Source of the DNA: the human T2T-CHM13v2.0 reference genome, Homo sapiens
DNA: 64,000 nucleotides
Assembly (NCBI RefSeq): GCF_009914755.1
Contig: NC_060946.1
Strand: one strand, 5' to 3'
Shown here: piece after piece, positions 30,511 through 48,388 of the stretch
Numbering within the stretch: the stretch's first letter is position 1
Layout of the letters: every line of letters begins with the position of its first letter
Notes under the pieces: generated by a model
The model's database searches: none
What the model was told of the DNA's origin: nothing
Seen by the model: the letters and a program-made list of their open reading frames with translations, nothing else
Program-made: the position numbers and the translations under genes

Positions 30511-32461
30511 GTGACTGTACCATCCCATTAAAAAATTGAGACCCGTGCTTTGTCCACTTTGCGTATACCTGCAAGGACACAAGCCAAGTCCTCACGAGCC
30601 CTGGACATAACCCGCATCCAGTCTGTCTCACATAAAAACTGGCAATTAGGGGTTCACTCCTCTGTTTCACCCACTAGTTGATAAATTCTCTGGCGGGATA
30701 GAGTGGGTGTCGGTGATGGTCTGTTGAATGAATTCATTATTTAAAATAGAGATCTCTTTGGAAAACACAGGATATACGTTGGCTGTAGCCAAGCTTCACT
30801 GATCGTAAAGATAGGAAAGCAACGATGTAGCGTGGAGCTGGGCTTCCCACGGCCTCCACTGGGAGACGCGAGGAGTGTGTGAGGAAGAGAGGAGAGAGTC
30901 TGAGAGAGGGAACAGGGAGGGGCCTGCATTGCAATGGGCAAGGTGCAGTGAGGCAGCTGCCAGGCCTCTACAGTTAGGGTGCCCGTGGAGGCCCTGCCGA
31001 CCAGCACAGAAGGGAGTCTGCTCCTGGAGCCTTTGCCTCCATTCTGCTCTCTCTCCCTGCAGCGGCCGCTGCCTCCCACCCAGCTCGGCTCTCCTTTGGA
31101 GGACCAGGCACTCCCCACTTAAATGACCCCTGCCTCTTCCACGCTGGAGCCCACAGGCCAGTGGTTCCCAGAGTGCTCCTCTTGGCTGGCCACTTAGCCT
31201 GGATGAGATCATTAGGACCAATCCGTCTCCATGTATGCATATGGCGATCATATTTTTTCAAACCAAAAATTAGGATGCACATTCTGAAAACTGGACAGAA
31301 TGTTCAAAATCTGAGCCCTGCTAGAAAGTCTAAGCTGGACTGATGTCATAAATACACGGGCATGTGGAAACGGGAGCCTGGTAACCAAAATGAATCTCCA
31401 GGGGTGATCAGTCTGGGGAGGTGCCTCAGAGCACAGGAAATGGGGTGTTGCCCTCCCCACAGCCCCCCAGGCTGCTCTGATACCCAGTCTCTCGCCCGTC
31501 CCTTCCCTTCTGGACTTCACCCATCTCCATTCTGCCTCTGGATGTGTTCCCTCCACCCACGGGGTGAGGACGCAGTCTAACTCCCTGATACCCTCGGCCC
31601 TGTCTCGGGGTTCGCCTTATTGACTTGATCGCCCTAACTTTATTCACCCTCTTTTACTTCTCATCACAAAAAGAGCTCAGATCATCTTGTACCGGCCTCT
31701 ATGTTTGAATGGCTGCTGTCTACTTCTGTTTTGTCTGTTACAACTTGCACGCGCCACGCACACCTCCACCACGACAAGCCACATGCTTTTCCCCAGAGCC
31801 CATGCCTCATCTGTCCCGGCCTGGCTCAGGCTGCCTCATCTATGGCTCCCTCCTTTCCTGGCCAGCCCAGGCTTAGGCCTTACGATTCAGTGTGGGGGCC
31901 ACCTCCTCCAGGGAGTCCTCCTTAAAGGGATCTTTTCCTTGTGCCTCCAGAGGATGCTCCAGTTCCTTCGACAACAGCCAATTACTATGAATATGACTTG
32001 TCTGTTTACCATCTGTGTCTGGGATTAGACCGAGCTCCCTGGGGTGGGGCTGGTAGCTTTCATCCCCAGCATTTAGCACAGATTCTAGCACATAGTAAGT
32101 GTATAACACTTGTTTGGTGGGTGAATGGATGAGGGAATCAATGAGGGAATGGATGAACGCGTTTCAAAGTCACTGTACCATGGGTTGTCATGCTTCTTCT
32201 CCACCAACATCCACCTCTTGTCAAAAGGGTCTCCTTAGCCTTCTGCCAGCAAAGTGTCCACGGGGGTCCCTCAGGGAGGGAGGAAGCCCCATCCTCCCCA
32301 CATGCCTCTCCCTGACCAATGCTGGGTCTGCAGAGGGAAATGCTCTGTGTCCCTTGGGCTGACTGGGACATGACCTACACCAGGACTCACACCCACTTGG
32401 GCTGCGTGGTTGGGAGCAGGGGAGGCCTAGAGAAGCCCAGCGCCAGACAGTCACGGTTTAC

Positions 32462-32595
32462 CCGGAATGACTCCTTCAGCCTCCTAGGGAAAAGCTTCAG
32501 GCATTCTTCTGCGGTGATAAAGTGGCTGTTCACGTAACTTTTTGAAGGAGTTGGAGGCTGCGGCGGAGTGGTTTCCGGCCCTCTCATTGGAGGAT
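32462..32595 (-). CDS. EFCAB6: EFCAB6 internal coding exon (134 nt, phase 1 to 0): (D)[44 protein letters not shown]
   Basis: Acceptor ttgttccag|AT, donor CGG|gtaaac; lies within ORF 32387..32626(-); phase matches both neighbours. Confidence 0.9.
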
Positions 32596-32651
32596 CTGGA
32601 ACAATTACAAAGATCGGGGTTTCCATTAGTGCCCATCAGCTTCATTCCTTC

Positions 32652-32961
<310 letters not shown>

Positions 32962-33629
32962 CACTGGCTTCATTTCTACATCAACACTTTATCTCTGCCT
33001 GTCCCGAATCCTGTTAAAATCCCATACAGTACCCTCCTGTGAGTTGAACACAGCATTGATTTTCTTACTATCTAGTTTCTTTTCCTTCAGTTTCTCAGAC
33101 ACTTTCCTCCTCTTCCAGGAGGAACCATGCTGCAGACTGTGGGGCCTCCTTTCACCCTCACAGACCGCACTTGGCACCCTGTTTACTTGTCCTGTGTCTC
33201 TTGTTCATCTCCCAATTCCCAGAGGAGGAGAATGAGAATTCCTGCCTCTTTTTTGTTTCCTGGAATCATGTCCTAAAGACAAGAATATAGAATTCATTCA
33301 ACATCCATTAGTTCAGTGGCTATTTCCTGACTGTGTATCTGTTAAGTAAGATGCTGAGGGCTTCATCTATTTTTTGGTCCTTCCAGCAACGCTCAGGAGA
33401 AGGTCCTCGTGTTTGTTTACACACAAGAAAACCTATCATCCCATGCACTTTACCTAGGGGGTGGTGAGGCTCAGGGGTCCCCGGCTCGCCTGGGAGGTGG
33501 AGCTCATGGACAGCACAGCTGAATCCAGGCTGTCTGATACTAAGACCCGTTGGTTCCCTACTGCCTATGCCCTCTCGCTCCCCTAAAATTAAGGAAGGAA
33601 GTGTAACCTCTCCTTAAAAACTCCATGTC

Positions 33630-33974
<345 letters not shown>

Positions 33975-35463
33975 TTAGGCTGGGGTCATCTGAGTGTGAC
34001 CTTGTGTCAAAGCCAGGCTACACACCAGGGACTTGGTTCCAGACGTGGTTCTCTGCACCTGTTGCTCCTGCGCCCTCCCCACGGTGTGGTGGGCAGATGG
34101 ATGGGGGACAGGGCGCCCCAAGCTCGTGGGCATCCTCTGCCCCTCTTGAGCCTGGCTTCTGCCTCACCTGCCTCACTGCAGAGGCTGCAAGTGGCCTCCC
34201 TCTGGTTCCTTACTGCCTGGCAGATAAACACCCCCACCCCACCGCCTGACCCCTCTGCCACATCCCCCTGACCCCTAGCAGGGGCCACACAGGGCCTCAC
34301 TCTCCACCTTGCTAGAATCTTCATGTGTGAGAATGCAGCTTAGAGGGGCAAGGAGGAGACGGGCAGGGAGAGGAGAAGCAGGAAGTGAGGGGAGGAGAAC
34401 ACAGGCAGCCAGGAAGCCGGGAGCAGGTGACAGAGACGGAGTCCAGTTCCAGCTGTGACGGCCTCGCCAGCACTGGGACGTGGGGCAAGTGACCTATGCA
34501 CCCTGGGCCCCAATTTCCTTACCTGAAAAATGAATACACCTGGCAGGTGGGACACACTCACTAAAATGCAGGTGAGTTCCTTCTCCTTCTTATTTTCCTT
34601 AAAAAATATCAAAACATCTACCCAGGGACGGTGCTGAAATTCTAAAACGCTCTGGCTTCTCATGATGCCATTTTTCAGGAGTGTGGGACCTCTCTAAGGG
34701 GTGGCAAATGACAGTCTGACAAGGCTAGGGGGACCTTGGCAAGGATCCAGCCTGAGTCTCTGGGAAACTCACCACCTCACACGGTCATCTCCAGACCCAA
34801 GGCTGGGAAAATGAAAAATGCACAGGGCTCCTGCATTCCGCCCTGCCAGCCTGCAGGGTATGTGCAGCAAAAGAGAAGAGTATTCCATTGAGATATCTGT
34901 GTGATTTCTGCAGCTTCTCTAGAGGGCTTGTTTGTCCACCAAAATGTCTTTGGTGTGTGAGAAAGCAGCATCACTGAGTGGAGAGGCGGCCCCAGGACAC
35001 TGCACAAAGATGGGTTTCCTAACATCGGGTGGGGGGCGGGCCTGGGGGTGGGGCTGGGTGGCCTTTTAGAATCTCTGCAACCTTCTCTGTCCACAGGGAG
35101 GAATAATATTCGTGTTGCCTGTGTGTGGTATTGTTAACTACAGATAACCAGCAACTACCTTAGGGGAAAATCTTAAAGGCCGTGAGGTGTGATTGAAGAA
35201 ACAGGCTTTGGGGCACAAACTTTCTAAACCATTTGTGTTCTGAGTTTGTAGAAGACTCTTTCAGGCAAAGTTCTGCACTCACAGTTCTGAATATGGTCAG
35301 ATAAAATGAAATAAAAATGGTTGTTTGCAGCCCCAGAAGACACCTCGTTTCAACATCTCAGCTTGTGCTACTTCAACCCGAGTGGCCTGGTGGCACTGCT
35401 AGCAAAGACATGCAGTGTCACCCAGGACGCATCCCACAGGGTGTGGACTTGGCCATTAGCTAC

Positions 35464-35578
35464 CTTCAAATCCTGCTGCAAAATCAAGATAGCTCATCCC
35501 TTCCTTCTCGAAGCCTATTTTAGTGGTCAGCAGGGCATACTGATCATCGTCCATGGGCATCCCAGTGTCTTCCAGTAC
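35464..35578 (-). CDS. EFCAB6: EFCAB6 internal coding exon (115 nt, phase 0 to 1): VLEDTGMPMDDDQYALLTTKIGFEKEGMSYLDFAAGFE(D)
   Basis: Minus-strand acceptor ccctcgtcag|GTA, donor GAAG|gtagct; open frame; terminal G joins AT of the next exon to give Asp; peptide recognised as EFCAB6. Confidence 0.9.
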
Positions 35579-36965
35579 CTGACGAGGGAGACAGGGGAGG
35601 GTGGAGAGGCGTTAGGTGGTCCGCGGGTCACTACTCCCAGAGCACCTCCTGCCCCTGTGCTGGCTCACAGCAGGGCTCATGATTGTTATTTGTCTGACCC
35701 CACCCACAGGCTGCCAGGGGGTGGGACCGAGTCTCCTGTGTCCCTGGGCCTTGCACAAGGCTTGTGTTTGTTGGGTGAGTGAGTGAACGAAGGGACAAGT
35801 GGCACAGTTGGCATGGTGCTCAGGCCCACAGGTGCCACTGCAGACTTTTCCAAGCCGTGCCATCCAAGATACCCAAAGCCACACTTGTCACTGCCATGGC
35901 TTTAGAGTCTCATACATTAGGTTTATGTTCACATAGATTCAAGAAAACAAAATAAAGCAAGCAAGGTAGTTTGAGGAGGGAAAACTGAAGTTTTCATTCA
36001 AGTTTCATTATGCTCCCAGTTTACATGAAAAGCGGCTGTGTTTTTTTAAATGGGGGTGGCCATCCATGAATGCTCTTTTTTCTTCTCCATATGCTAGTCC
36101 ACTTGCTGAAAGTTATCCCTGATTCCTTCCCTCCAAACACATGACCTACTGTTTCAGTTTTGGGTATGTTGGGGGCAGAGGGAGCACCCAAGAAAACACT
36201 CTTCCCTGCCTTGCAAATACTGAAGTGGAATCGTCTCGATGACATCTCCCTAGGAATTACAGAAAAGATGATGCCCTTTGGCCAAAAACCCAGACAGAGC
36301 TGCCTGCGTGGATGTGAGCCACCCACAGAAGGGATGTTGGGTGGATAGAGGCAGATGGAAGGCACCACCTCTGCTGATCTCAGAGTATTCACAATCCAAA
36401 TGGGAAAACATGGGTTTTCCTTCAGAAAAGAACACAGAATCACAGTTCTAAATGCATCTATGGGCCAAGGGGCCAAAGACGTCCAGGATGACCAATCCCA
36501 CCCGGAACAGGGGACGGAAGGCTTTCTAGGAGAACTGGGTTTGCCGATGGGTTGTGAAGAAAGTGTGTTGAGGGGTGAGGAATACACAGGTTATCATCAA
36601 CAAAGTCAACAGATGTCACCAGAAGCCAGAGTAAGTTCCAGGTGGTGGAGCAGTGCAGCGGTGCTCACTGCATTCAGCGGAAGAGGCGGCTGGGGAGGGA
36701 ACGGAGGGACCAGGTAAGGCCGTGCTGCAGTGTCGCCCTCATCATGGTCACTGCGCAGCACCCCTTAGTGCCCGTGTGTGCCAGGCACTGTGTGGGGCTC
36801 TGTACAGGCTCCACACGGATCTCATTTAATCCTCAGCAGAAGCCTCAAGAAAGGCACTCTTTCTAACCTCATTTTAATGCTGTGCAAACTGAGTCTTAGG
36901 GAGTTTGGGTCACTTTTCTTAGACATATGAATAGAAAGTGGCAGACCTGGGGTTCAAACCCAGTT

Positions 36966-37261
<296 letters not shown>

Positions 37262-39009
37262 TCCTCAAACCTCATTCTTCTTATTAACCACTGTGATGAG
37301 ATCTACTTTTGGAGTAAGGTCACAGGGGCCTGGACAAAGAAGAGAGGAGATGAAAATGGACAGGAAATGGCCCAGGGGGAGCGGCAAGCAGCTCTGCCAT
37401 GGAGCCCTGGTGTCTTCCATGTATCCAAAGAGGCCACATAGGCAAAATCCAGTCTGAGCCTTTGTGGAGCCTGAAAGGATGGGAGGCCTCTAAGGAGCTG
37501 CCCTGAGCCCACCTCCCACCTGCCTCCCTATCTCCCCAGAAAGGCTGTCAGGAGACGGTTTCTCCTGCCTCCAGGTTTTGATAGGGTGAGGGGCTTTCTG
37601 CCCGGCCCCTCACACTAGAGCTGTAGAAGGGAAGCCTCTTGGCTGCAGTCTGGACGTGGCTCTTGGCAATAGGGCACTCCACACCTTGTGGCGCAGTCAT
37701 CAGCTTCCTTTGTTTTGGTGTCATCCTTTTTGGTATTCGGGAAGAGGACCAGGGAGCTGGCCCCTGTGGCTTATTCTCCCTTTCACTGTCTATGTAAATA
37801 ACAGACAGTCTGATTGTGAAAGTGTGCGCTGTATCTACGCTGGTCCAATCAGTCAGGCCTGGCCTTGGCTTCCTGCGTGTGGAGGTTAACAGTAAACAGG
37901 CTGTGTGTGGCTAGTGCCGGGCCAGCAGGTGAGAAAAAAGGGGAGGGATGGAAGTGTTGCAGTGCTGCCCAGGGAGACCGAGGCGGGTGGCAACGCAGGA
38001 GTACAAGGCTATCCCCAGGGCCTGCCTGTGGAATTCGGCAGGAAGCACGTGATTGGGAATGCTGAGAGTTCTGTGCCATCTGCACATGGTCCCCGGCCCA
38101 GCTCTGCAGAGGAGCCTGTCCCAGCACAGGATGGCACTGGTGTTCAGGTAGAAAGCCGTGGCCCCCGCAGAAGCACACACAGCCGCGGTGAGCCTCTGGT
38201 TGCTTGCTTTGAAAAAAACTTTATATTTTGAAAACAATTGCACATGAATTATTCATGGCAAACTCTTCTTGCTCAGTTCTTTCACAAAACCATATGTACT
38301 GGATCGTAAGGAAATGTCTGCAGGCAAATGTTCCCCAGCCTAGAGGGCTGTGAGGTGCCAGGGAGATTCGTACTATCCCCCAGGCCCTCAGCAGCCTGTC
38401 CAGCGGTCGCAGGAGCGTAATCCCCAGGGGCACGGAGCACCGGAGCACCGCAGAGAACACAAACGCTGCAAGTGCCATTCCCAGAAGAGGCTCAGGGCAG
38501 GCCACAGATGCAAAGGCCTCTGATGCCTCTTCCGAGGCTCCCCTTGCACCACTTTCATTTCTAAGATGAACACAGCAGCAAATCAACCAGATTTATCATG
38601 ACCCTTGGAGGCGACATACAATAAGAAGGAAGGCTCACCAGCAAAGTTTATAAAACAGATTTAAATGTTTAACCATTCAAGTCATTTCCTTTGGTCTTTT
38701 CTAGGAGGCATTCCCCTAAGAAAGTTGCTCAAAGACTGACAAACTATGGTCGGGCATGTGTTGATTTACCAGATAGTCGTCACTCCGGCCATCCCTGGGG
38801 CATCCCTTAGATTGTAGACCGACTCTTCCCTAGGAGGTCACAACATTTCAGGGAACCGTTGCTGGGCCCTCTCTGTGAAGGAAGACGCCCTGAGAGCGAG
38901 CCCAATGATGAAAGTGAGGACTCAGCCTTTCTAAACGCAACCCCTGCACAACATCCTGTGAGAGAAGCAGCCACCAGTTTGTGTGTGTGACACTTGTTTG
39001 CTATGTCTC

Positions 39010-41235
<2,226 letters not shown>

Positions 41236-41655
41236 AAACTCCCAGGAATACTTTCTGGGTGCTACAGCAAGCACATCCTTAAGATACAGGTATCAACAGC
41301 TCAGGGAGAGCCTTCTCGGTCCTCCCCAGCCTGGGTGACCAGAAAAAAAGTCTTAAGCTTCCATACCCCTTCTGTTTACTTCCATAGATAGTCCCTCGCA
41401 CAGAACCTAACACATGGCAGGCACTCAACAAATTGCTATTGTGTAGAGAATTACCAACACTTCTTTTTCACTTCTATATGCCAAGAGCACATAGTAGGTG
41501 TTCACTAAAAGTTGAATAAGAAGAAGAGCATGGGATGTCAACATACGGAACAGCTGGCAACACTCATCAGGCTCTTGCTATTGTGTCTGGTTGAATCCTG
41601 AGTCTGACTAAGAAAGCCCATGCCTATGCAGATATGAGCACCAAGTGGTCATTCA

Positions 41656-41995
<340 letters not shown>

Positions 41996-42312
41996 TACTA
42001 TGAGGCCAATAAAAGGATACTTTCCTTGTGAGAACACACAAAAGGATCCAGGAGGAAAGGGAGACGGGACAGGGACTGTGAGGTGCCAGCTCCTCAACGG
42101 GTGGTGCAGACTTCAGTGTGGGTATCTCAGTGTGTGTGCTGGACCAGCCGTGGGATCCTCATCAGTCTTCTCTTAATACTACACTTAGCAAAGTTCTCTT
42201 CTGAAAATATCAGTTAAGGGGAGCCAAGGGAGAGATTCCTGTTTATATTTAAGCCAGAGATTTAAAGGATGCACCCTGAGGAGATTCAGGAGCATACAAT
42301 TTGGAGACTGGC

Positions 42313-42603
42313 TTTTTTTTTGAGATGGAGTTTCACTCTTATTGCCCAGTCTGAAGTGCAATGGCACAATCTTGGCTCACCACAACCTCCGCCTCTTGGG
42401 TTCAAGTGATTCTCCTGCCTCAGCCTCCTGAGTAGCTGGGATTACAGGCATGCGACACCACACCCGGCTAATTTTATATTTTTAGTAGAGATGGAGTTTC
42501 TCCATGTTGGTCAGGCTGGTCTCAAACTCCCGACCGCAGGTTATCCACCCGCCTCGCCCTCCCAAAGTGCTGGGATTACAGGCATGAGCCACCATTCCCG
42601 GCT
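42313..42603 (-). mobile_element. AluSp-like
   Basis: Reverse Alu; TSD gagaYtggct. Confidence 0.93.
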
Positions 42604-44119
42604 GAGATTGGCTTTTTAGCCATCCCTCCGTGCCTGGAAACCTGTAGCCTAAATTCTTTTGTGATAAAACTAAAGAGAGTTATGGGTTTTATTTTTAATA
42701 AGTAATATTATTTTTATTTCTTTACATACCCATTCACAGACAACATGAAACAGGTACCAAAAAAAAAAAGTCTGCCTTGTCTAGAATTTCAGACATGCTC
42801 TGTCTCCCCACCTCCCCCATACCAGGGATCCCTCATCTTCCAGCTCCTCCCCCACCTATACACCACCTGCCACCACAGAGCTGCGTCATCCAGAATGCAG
42901 GCATGATCTGAGAGTTCCAGTCATCAAGGTTATCTGATCACATGCAAAGCAGGTACTAGGGAGAAGAGTACTATGGCTAGAAAATAATATGAAATTTTCA
43001 AAATAGGTCTAATTTGTACTTGAACGGAAAATTCAAACTCTTTTGGCAAATGCTTCCTAGCAACATCAGACACACGTCTGACTGTCCATGTGGCCCCAGC
43101 AAAACAGAATCTTCAAAGCTGATGCAAACTGGGGTGACAATCAAGACGCCATGGTCATGTGCACAGGCCGCAGGATATTGGGCTCAGGATGCTGTTGCCA
43201 GCTGTGAGTGCAGATAAATAATGGGATTTCCTTTTCAAGTCTTAACCAACAGGAATACTGTGAAGAACACCATGAATGGTCACAGGGCGCAGGGCATCTC
43301 AGATAAGAAGCCCCTTGCAGGAAAACAGTGACAGCCACGGTGTGCCTGATTACAGGTACACTTCTCAAGCACAGAGCCCACCAGGAACAGCATAGTGTCA
43401 AGAGCCAGAACTGGCTTCTGAGCCACAAACCCTCCTTCTGGCTCCAGACAGGAACGGAAGCTTCCCAAGGATCGCCACGAAAGAGCATTTGATTGAGGAG
43501 CTACCAGGGGCCGCCCCAGGACTGAATGACTTCCATCCCTCATTTAAACCTTGCAACAATGCCTCAACAGAAGTATGACCAACTCCATGTTCTAAATGAG
43601 GAGATCAAAGTTTAAAAAGGCAAAATAAGCCAACTGTTTTCTAGGAAGACACAAGTGGTAAGAAGTAGAGCAAAGATTTGAACACGAGTTGGTCGGACTC
43701 CACGGGACAACATTGTCTCATAGACTCAGCACTGGAAGAAATAACAGAGTATCAGGTTCAACTTTGTCCTTTACTGATGAGAAACCCAAAGCCCAGAGAT
43801 GCAAGAGCCTGCCTCACGGTCACGTGTGAGCAATAAGGAGCCACTCAGGTGACTGCTGGGTGTGCTGCTGCCCAGGGAAGCCTGGGAGCCAATGACTGCA
43901 ACCCAGCTCTGGCAGCCAAGGCTGAAGTGCAGCTGAGGCTCTGGCTGTACAAACAGCACATGATGCTGCTTCCTTTTGCACAGGCTCCTCACCCTGGGAG
44001 ACGCGTTGCTCCCTATCAGTTGATCAGCCTGGCACCGTCCACAGAGGACACACTAGGTTTGTTTCTTCACCAACTGTTGTGTGCCGTATGTTTGGAACAG
44101 GTCTACAGCAGGGATAGGG

Positions 44120-44720
<601 letters not shown>

Positions 44721-45204
44721 TTAAGATGAGCTCTGCAGCCCTTTCGAGCTCTGAACCTCTGGGATTCTGTTTACTTTGGTAAAATGCTATGACCATTAGA
44801 TCACAATTTAAATCACTCCCACAAATCCAGACATTTCTAGTTCCTAGGCTAAATCTTCTCTCTGATCCCCACATTAATTCTATTTGATCCATAGCGGATG
44901 GGACTGCACCACACTTCCAAAAACAATCCTTCCTCCAACCTTACTTAGTGCCTGACTCTAGGCCTTCAGCACAGACTGATGGTTTGCTAATAGCAATCAC
45001 AAAGTCGAAAAATGTTCATGTTTTCTTTTCTTCTTTGCTGCTGGCATGATCATGACAATGAAAATGATGACAATGATAAGCTGGTTTGGTTTTTGTTTCT
45101 TAAATATATTATTCCCATAAAAACTAAAAGACTAGAATTGTGTTTAGATGGCACAGAATGACAAAATGCTGAACCTAAGTGCAAGCTTCAAAAACTGAGA
45201 CTGA

Positions 45205-46235
45205 GTAATCTGAACCAGTTCTGCAAGTGACTGTGTTTTGTATTACTGTGAAAATAAGAAAATGTAGTTAATTGCAATTTAAAGAGTGTTCCACATAACT
45301 TCTTAATTTCTACATTCCCTCCCTTACTCTTCGGGGGTTTCCTTTCAATAAGCAACTTTTCCATGCTCTTAATGTATTCCTTTTTAGTAGGAATCCGGAA
45401 GTATTAGATTGAATGGAAAAGCACTTGCCATCTCTGTCTAGGGGTCACAAATTGAAATGGCTCCTGTATCACATACGGAGGTCTTGTGTATCTGTGGCAA
45501 CAGGGAGTTTCCTTATTCACTCTTTATTTGCTGCTGTTTAAGTTGCCAACCTCCCTTCCCAATAAAAATTCACTTACACCTCCTGCCTTTGTAGTTCTGG
45601 TATTCACTTTACTATGTGATAGAAGTAGCATGTTGCTGCCAGAATACAAGCATTGCTTTTGGCAAATTAAAGTGCATGTCATTTCTTAATACACTAGAAA
45701 GAGGAAAAAAAGTACGCAAGTCCAAGTCTAAAACTTTAGTACTTTTCCATGCAGATTTGTGCACATGTGAGAGGGTGTCCAGTTTGTCTAGTGATTGTTA
45801 TTTAGAGAGTTGGACCACTACTGTGTGTTGCTAATCATTGACTGTAGTCCCAAAAAAGCCTTGTGAAAATGTTATGCCCTATGTAACAGCAGAGTAACAT
45901 AAAATAAAAGTACATTTTATAAACCATTTACTATGGCTTTGTAACAATTGCATACCCATATTTTAAGGGACAGGTGAATTTACTACTTTCTAAAGTTTAT
46001 TGATACTTCCCTTTTATGTAAAATGTAGTAGTGATACGTATATTTCCGCATTGTGCATTGTGACACACTTGTCTAGGGATGCCTGGAAATGTATAAAATT
46101 GGACTGCATTTCTTAGAGTGTTTTACTATAGATCAGTCTCATGGGCCATCTCTTCCTCAGATGTAAATGATATCTGGTTAAGTGTTATATGGAATAAAGT
46201 GGACATTTTAAAACTAAAAAAACAAAAACAAAAAC
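45205..46235 (+). pseudogene. 5'-truncated processed retrocopy made only of 3'-UTR sequence, recognised as YWHAQ (14-3-3 theta) 3'-UTR
   Basis: AATAAA at 46193-46198, A-rich tail 46216-46235, TSD AAAAACTGAGACTGA at 45190-45204 and 46236-46250; body matches my recollection of the YWHAQ 3'-UTR (gtaatctgaaccagttctgcaagtgactgtg...ggaataaagtggacattttaaaacta). Confidence 0.85.
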
Positions 46236-47892
46236 AAAAACTGAGACTGAAAGATGAGGTGACATGACCACCTTTCAATGTCAAGGGGAATTCCAGGCAT
46301 AACTAATGCATTGACCAGACATGTCCATTTTAGAAGCAAAGATCCAGAACCCAGCTTGGGTCTACATACACATGTAAAATCTCAGCGTGTTCTGCGGGCA
46401 GTGAATTTAGTACTTCAATGACAGATTTTGAACATGGCAGATAAAAGCAGACAAGTCGTGCCTACTTCAACTTCAGAGGAGACTGTGCTCAAGTCCTGGA
46501 GATCAAATCTGTCGTTCAAAGGGTAAGTGGGAAGAAACTCAAAGCTCAGGACAAATGGGCGCAACAGGAAAAGCCGATGCTAAGCAGCCACTTCCCCTGC
46601 AGAATCCCAGGGCTCTCTGTCACTCAGCCTCTGCACGCCTTTATGTTCTCTCTTGCTGATTTCAAGAGCAGATACATTTCCAACATATAAATGTAATGTA
46701 AGTCCAGTTATGATCCCAGTAATGCATCTGAGGGGTAATTGAATAAAATGATTTTAAAGTCTATATGGTAACATATAAACCTGGCCTGAGAATAGCCAAG
46801 AAAATACAAAAAGGAAGAACACTGAGAAAAGACCTGTTTTACTAAATTAAAGAGCCATATTGCATTTATATAGAAATAGATGTATAAATCAGTGGGATGA
46901 AAGTTTTCGGATGTAGACCCTAGCATAATGAGAATGTCATAAATGACAAAGGTAATAGTCTAATTCAGTAAGGAAATATAGAAGAAGAGCCCCATCTTAC
47001 ATCGAGTATAAAAATTAATTCCACATGGATTAAGCATCTACATTTAAAAATAAAAATAAATTCTCTGATAAAACAATGGGAAAGAGAAGTTCAGGCTAAC
47101 TAAAATCAAAGAAATGCAAATTAAAGTAATGACTATAATTCTGACTGATATGTTAGCATATATTAAACTTTTTTATTCTACCCAAAGTTGGCAAACATTT
47201 GGAAATTAGTAACTACCAAACACTTGTGGTAGGAATGAATTTGATAGAATCGTTGGAAATGTAATATGGCAATATGCATTAAACATTTAACTGTGCATAT
47301 TCTTTTGACCTAGACATTTCACTTGTTCTATAAGCAAGAAATTGTAATAATTTCAATGCATGTTCATAGACTGTAACAAATGTAGCATTCTGCTGAGAGG
47401 TGTTGTTAGTGGGGGAGGCTGTGCACGTGGGGACAGGGGTATACGGGAACTTTGTAGTTTCCACTAAATCTTGCTATAAACCTAAAGCTGCTCTAAAAAC
47501 ATTCTATACAAAAACAAATAAAATTCTTGTAAGAAAGTCTAGGAGACTGAGGTGGGGGTGGGGGTGGGGGATGAAGGAATAACACCTATTAACCATGGCT
47601 ACAAACCTAGAATTTATTTAGGGAAAAAAAAGGACAATAGAAATATTTGGTTGTATAAAAACTGAAAACATTGTAATGGCAAAATATGGAACTATAACAA
47701 AACAAAAAGACATGATATATTTGGAAAATATATTTGTATTGAAGAAGACAAAGAGCGGATAAATTATTAATTAATTCTACAGATGTTTTGAGCATCTCTG
47801 ACAGGTTCTATCCAGGAACTGGGAATACAATAGTGAACAAAACAGCCAAGTCCCAGCCCTCAGGTGCCAGGCCCTATTTTAAGGGTTATACA

Positions 47893-48388
47893 TTGTTGTC
47901 GGTTGAATTGTGTACCCCAAAAGGTATAATGAGGTCTCAATCCTGGTTCCAGTGAATGTAACCTTTAATGGAGCTGGGGTCTTTTCAGTTGGAATCAAGT
48001 TAAGATGAAGTCGTGCTGGATGAGAGTAGTACCTCACCCAATGACTGGTGTCCTTAGAACAAGAGAGAAATTTGGACAGAGGCACACAGAGAGGAGAACA
48101 TGATGTGAAGACATGCAGACAAAGAAGAAAGAGACCAAAGAGGCCATGTGGAGCCAGAGGCAGAGGTTGGAGCAACGCAGCTACAGGCCGAGGGATGCCG
48201 GATGGCAGGCAGCCATTGGGAGCTGGGAGAAACAATGCAGCGTGCTCCCAGAGCCAGCAGATGAGAGCATGGCTCTGCTGACACCTTGATTCCAAACTCC
48301 TGGCTTCGAGAACTGTGAAAAAATACATTTTTATTGTTTTAAGCTACCCAGGGTATGGTAATTTGTTATAACTGCCCTAGGAAACTAT
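47893..48388 (+). mobile_element. MLT1B/MLT1C-type MaLR solo LTR
   Basis: tg...ggttgaattgtgtaccccaaaa start, ccaatgactggtgtcctta core, gccctaggaaacta end. Confidence 0.75.

Noticed and set aside
45486-45834. ORFs inside the retrocopy
   Set aside because: No 14-3-3 coding sequence is present; these are chance frames in UTR-derived sequence
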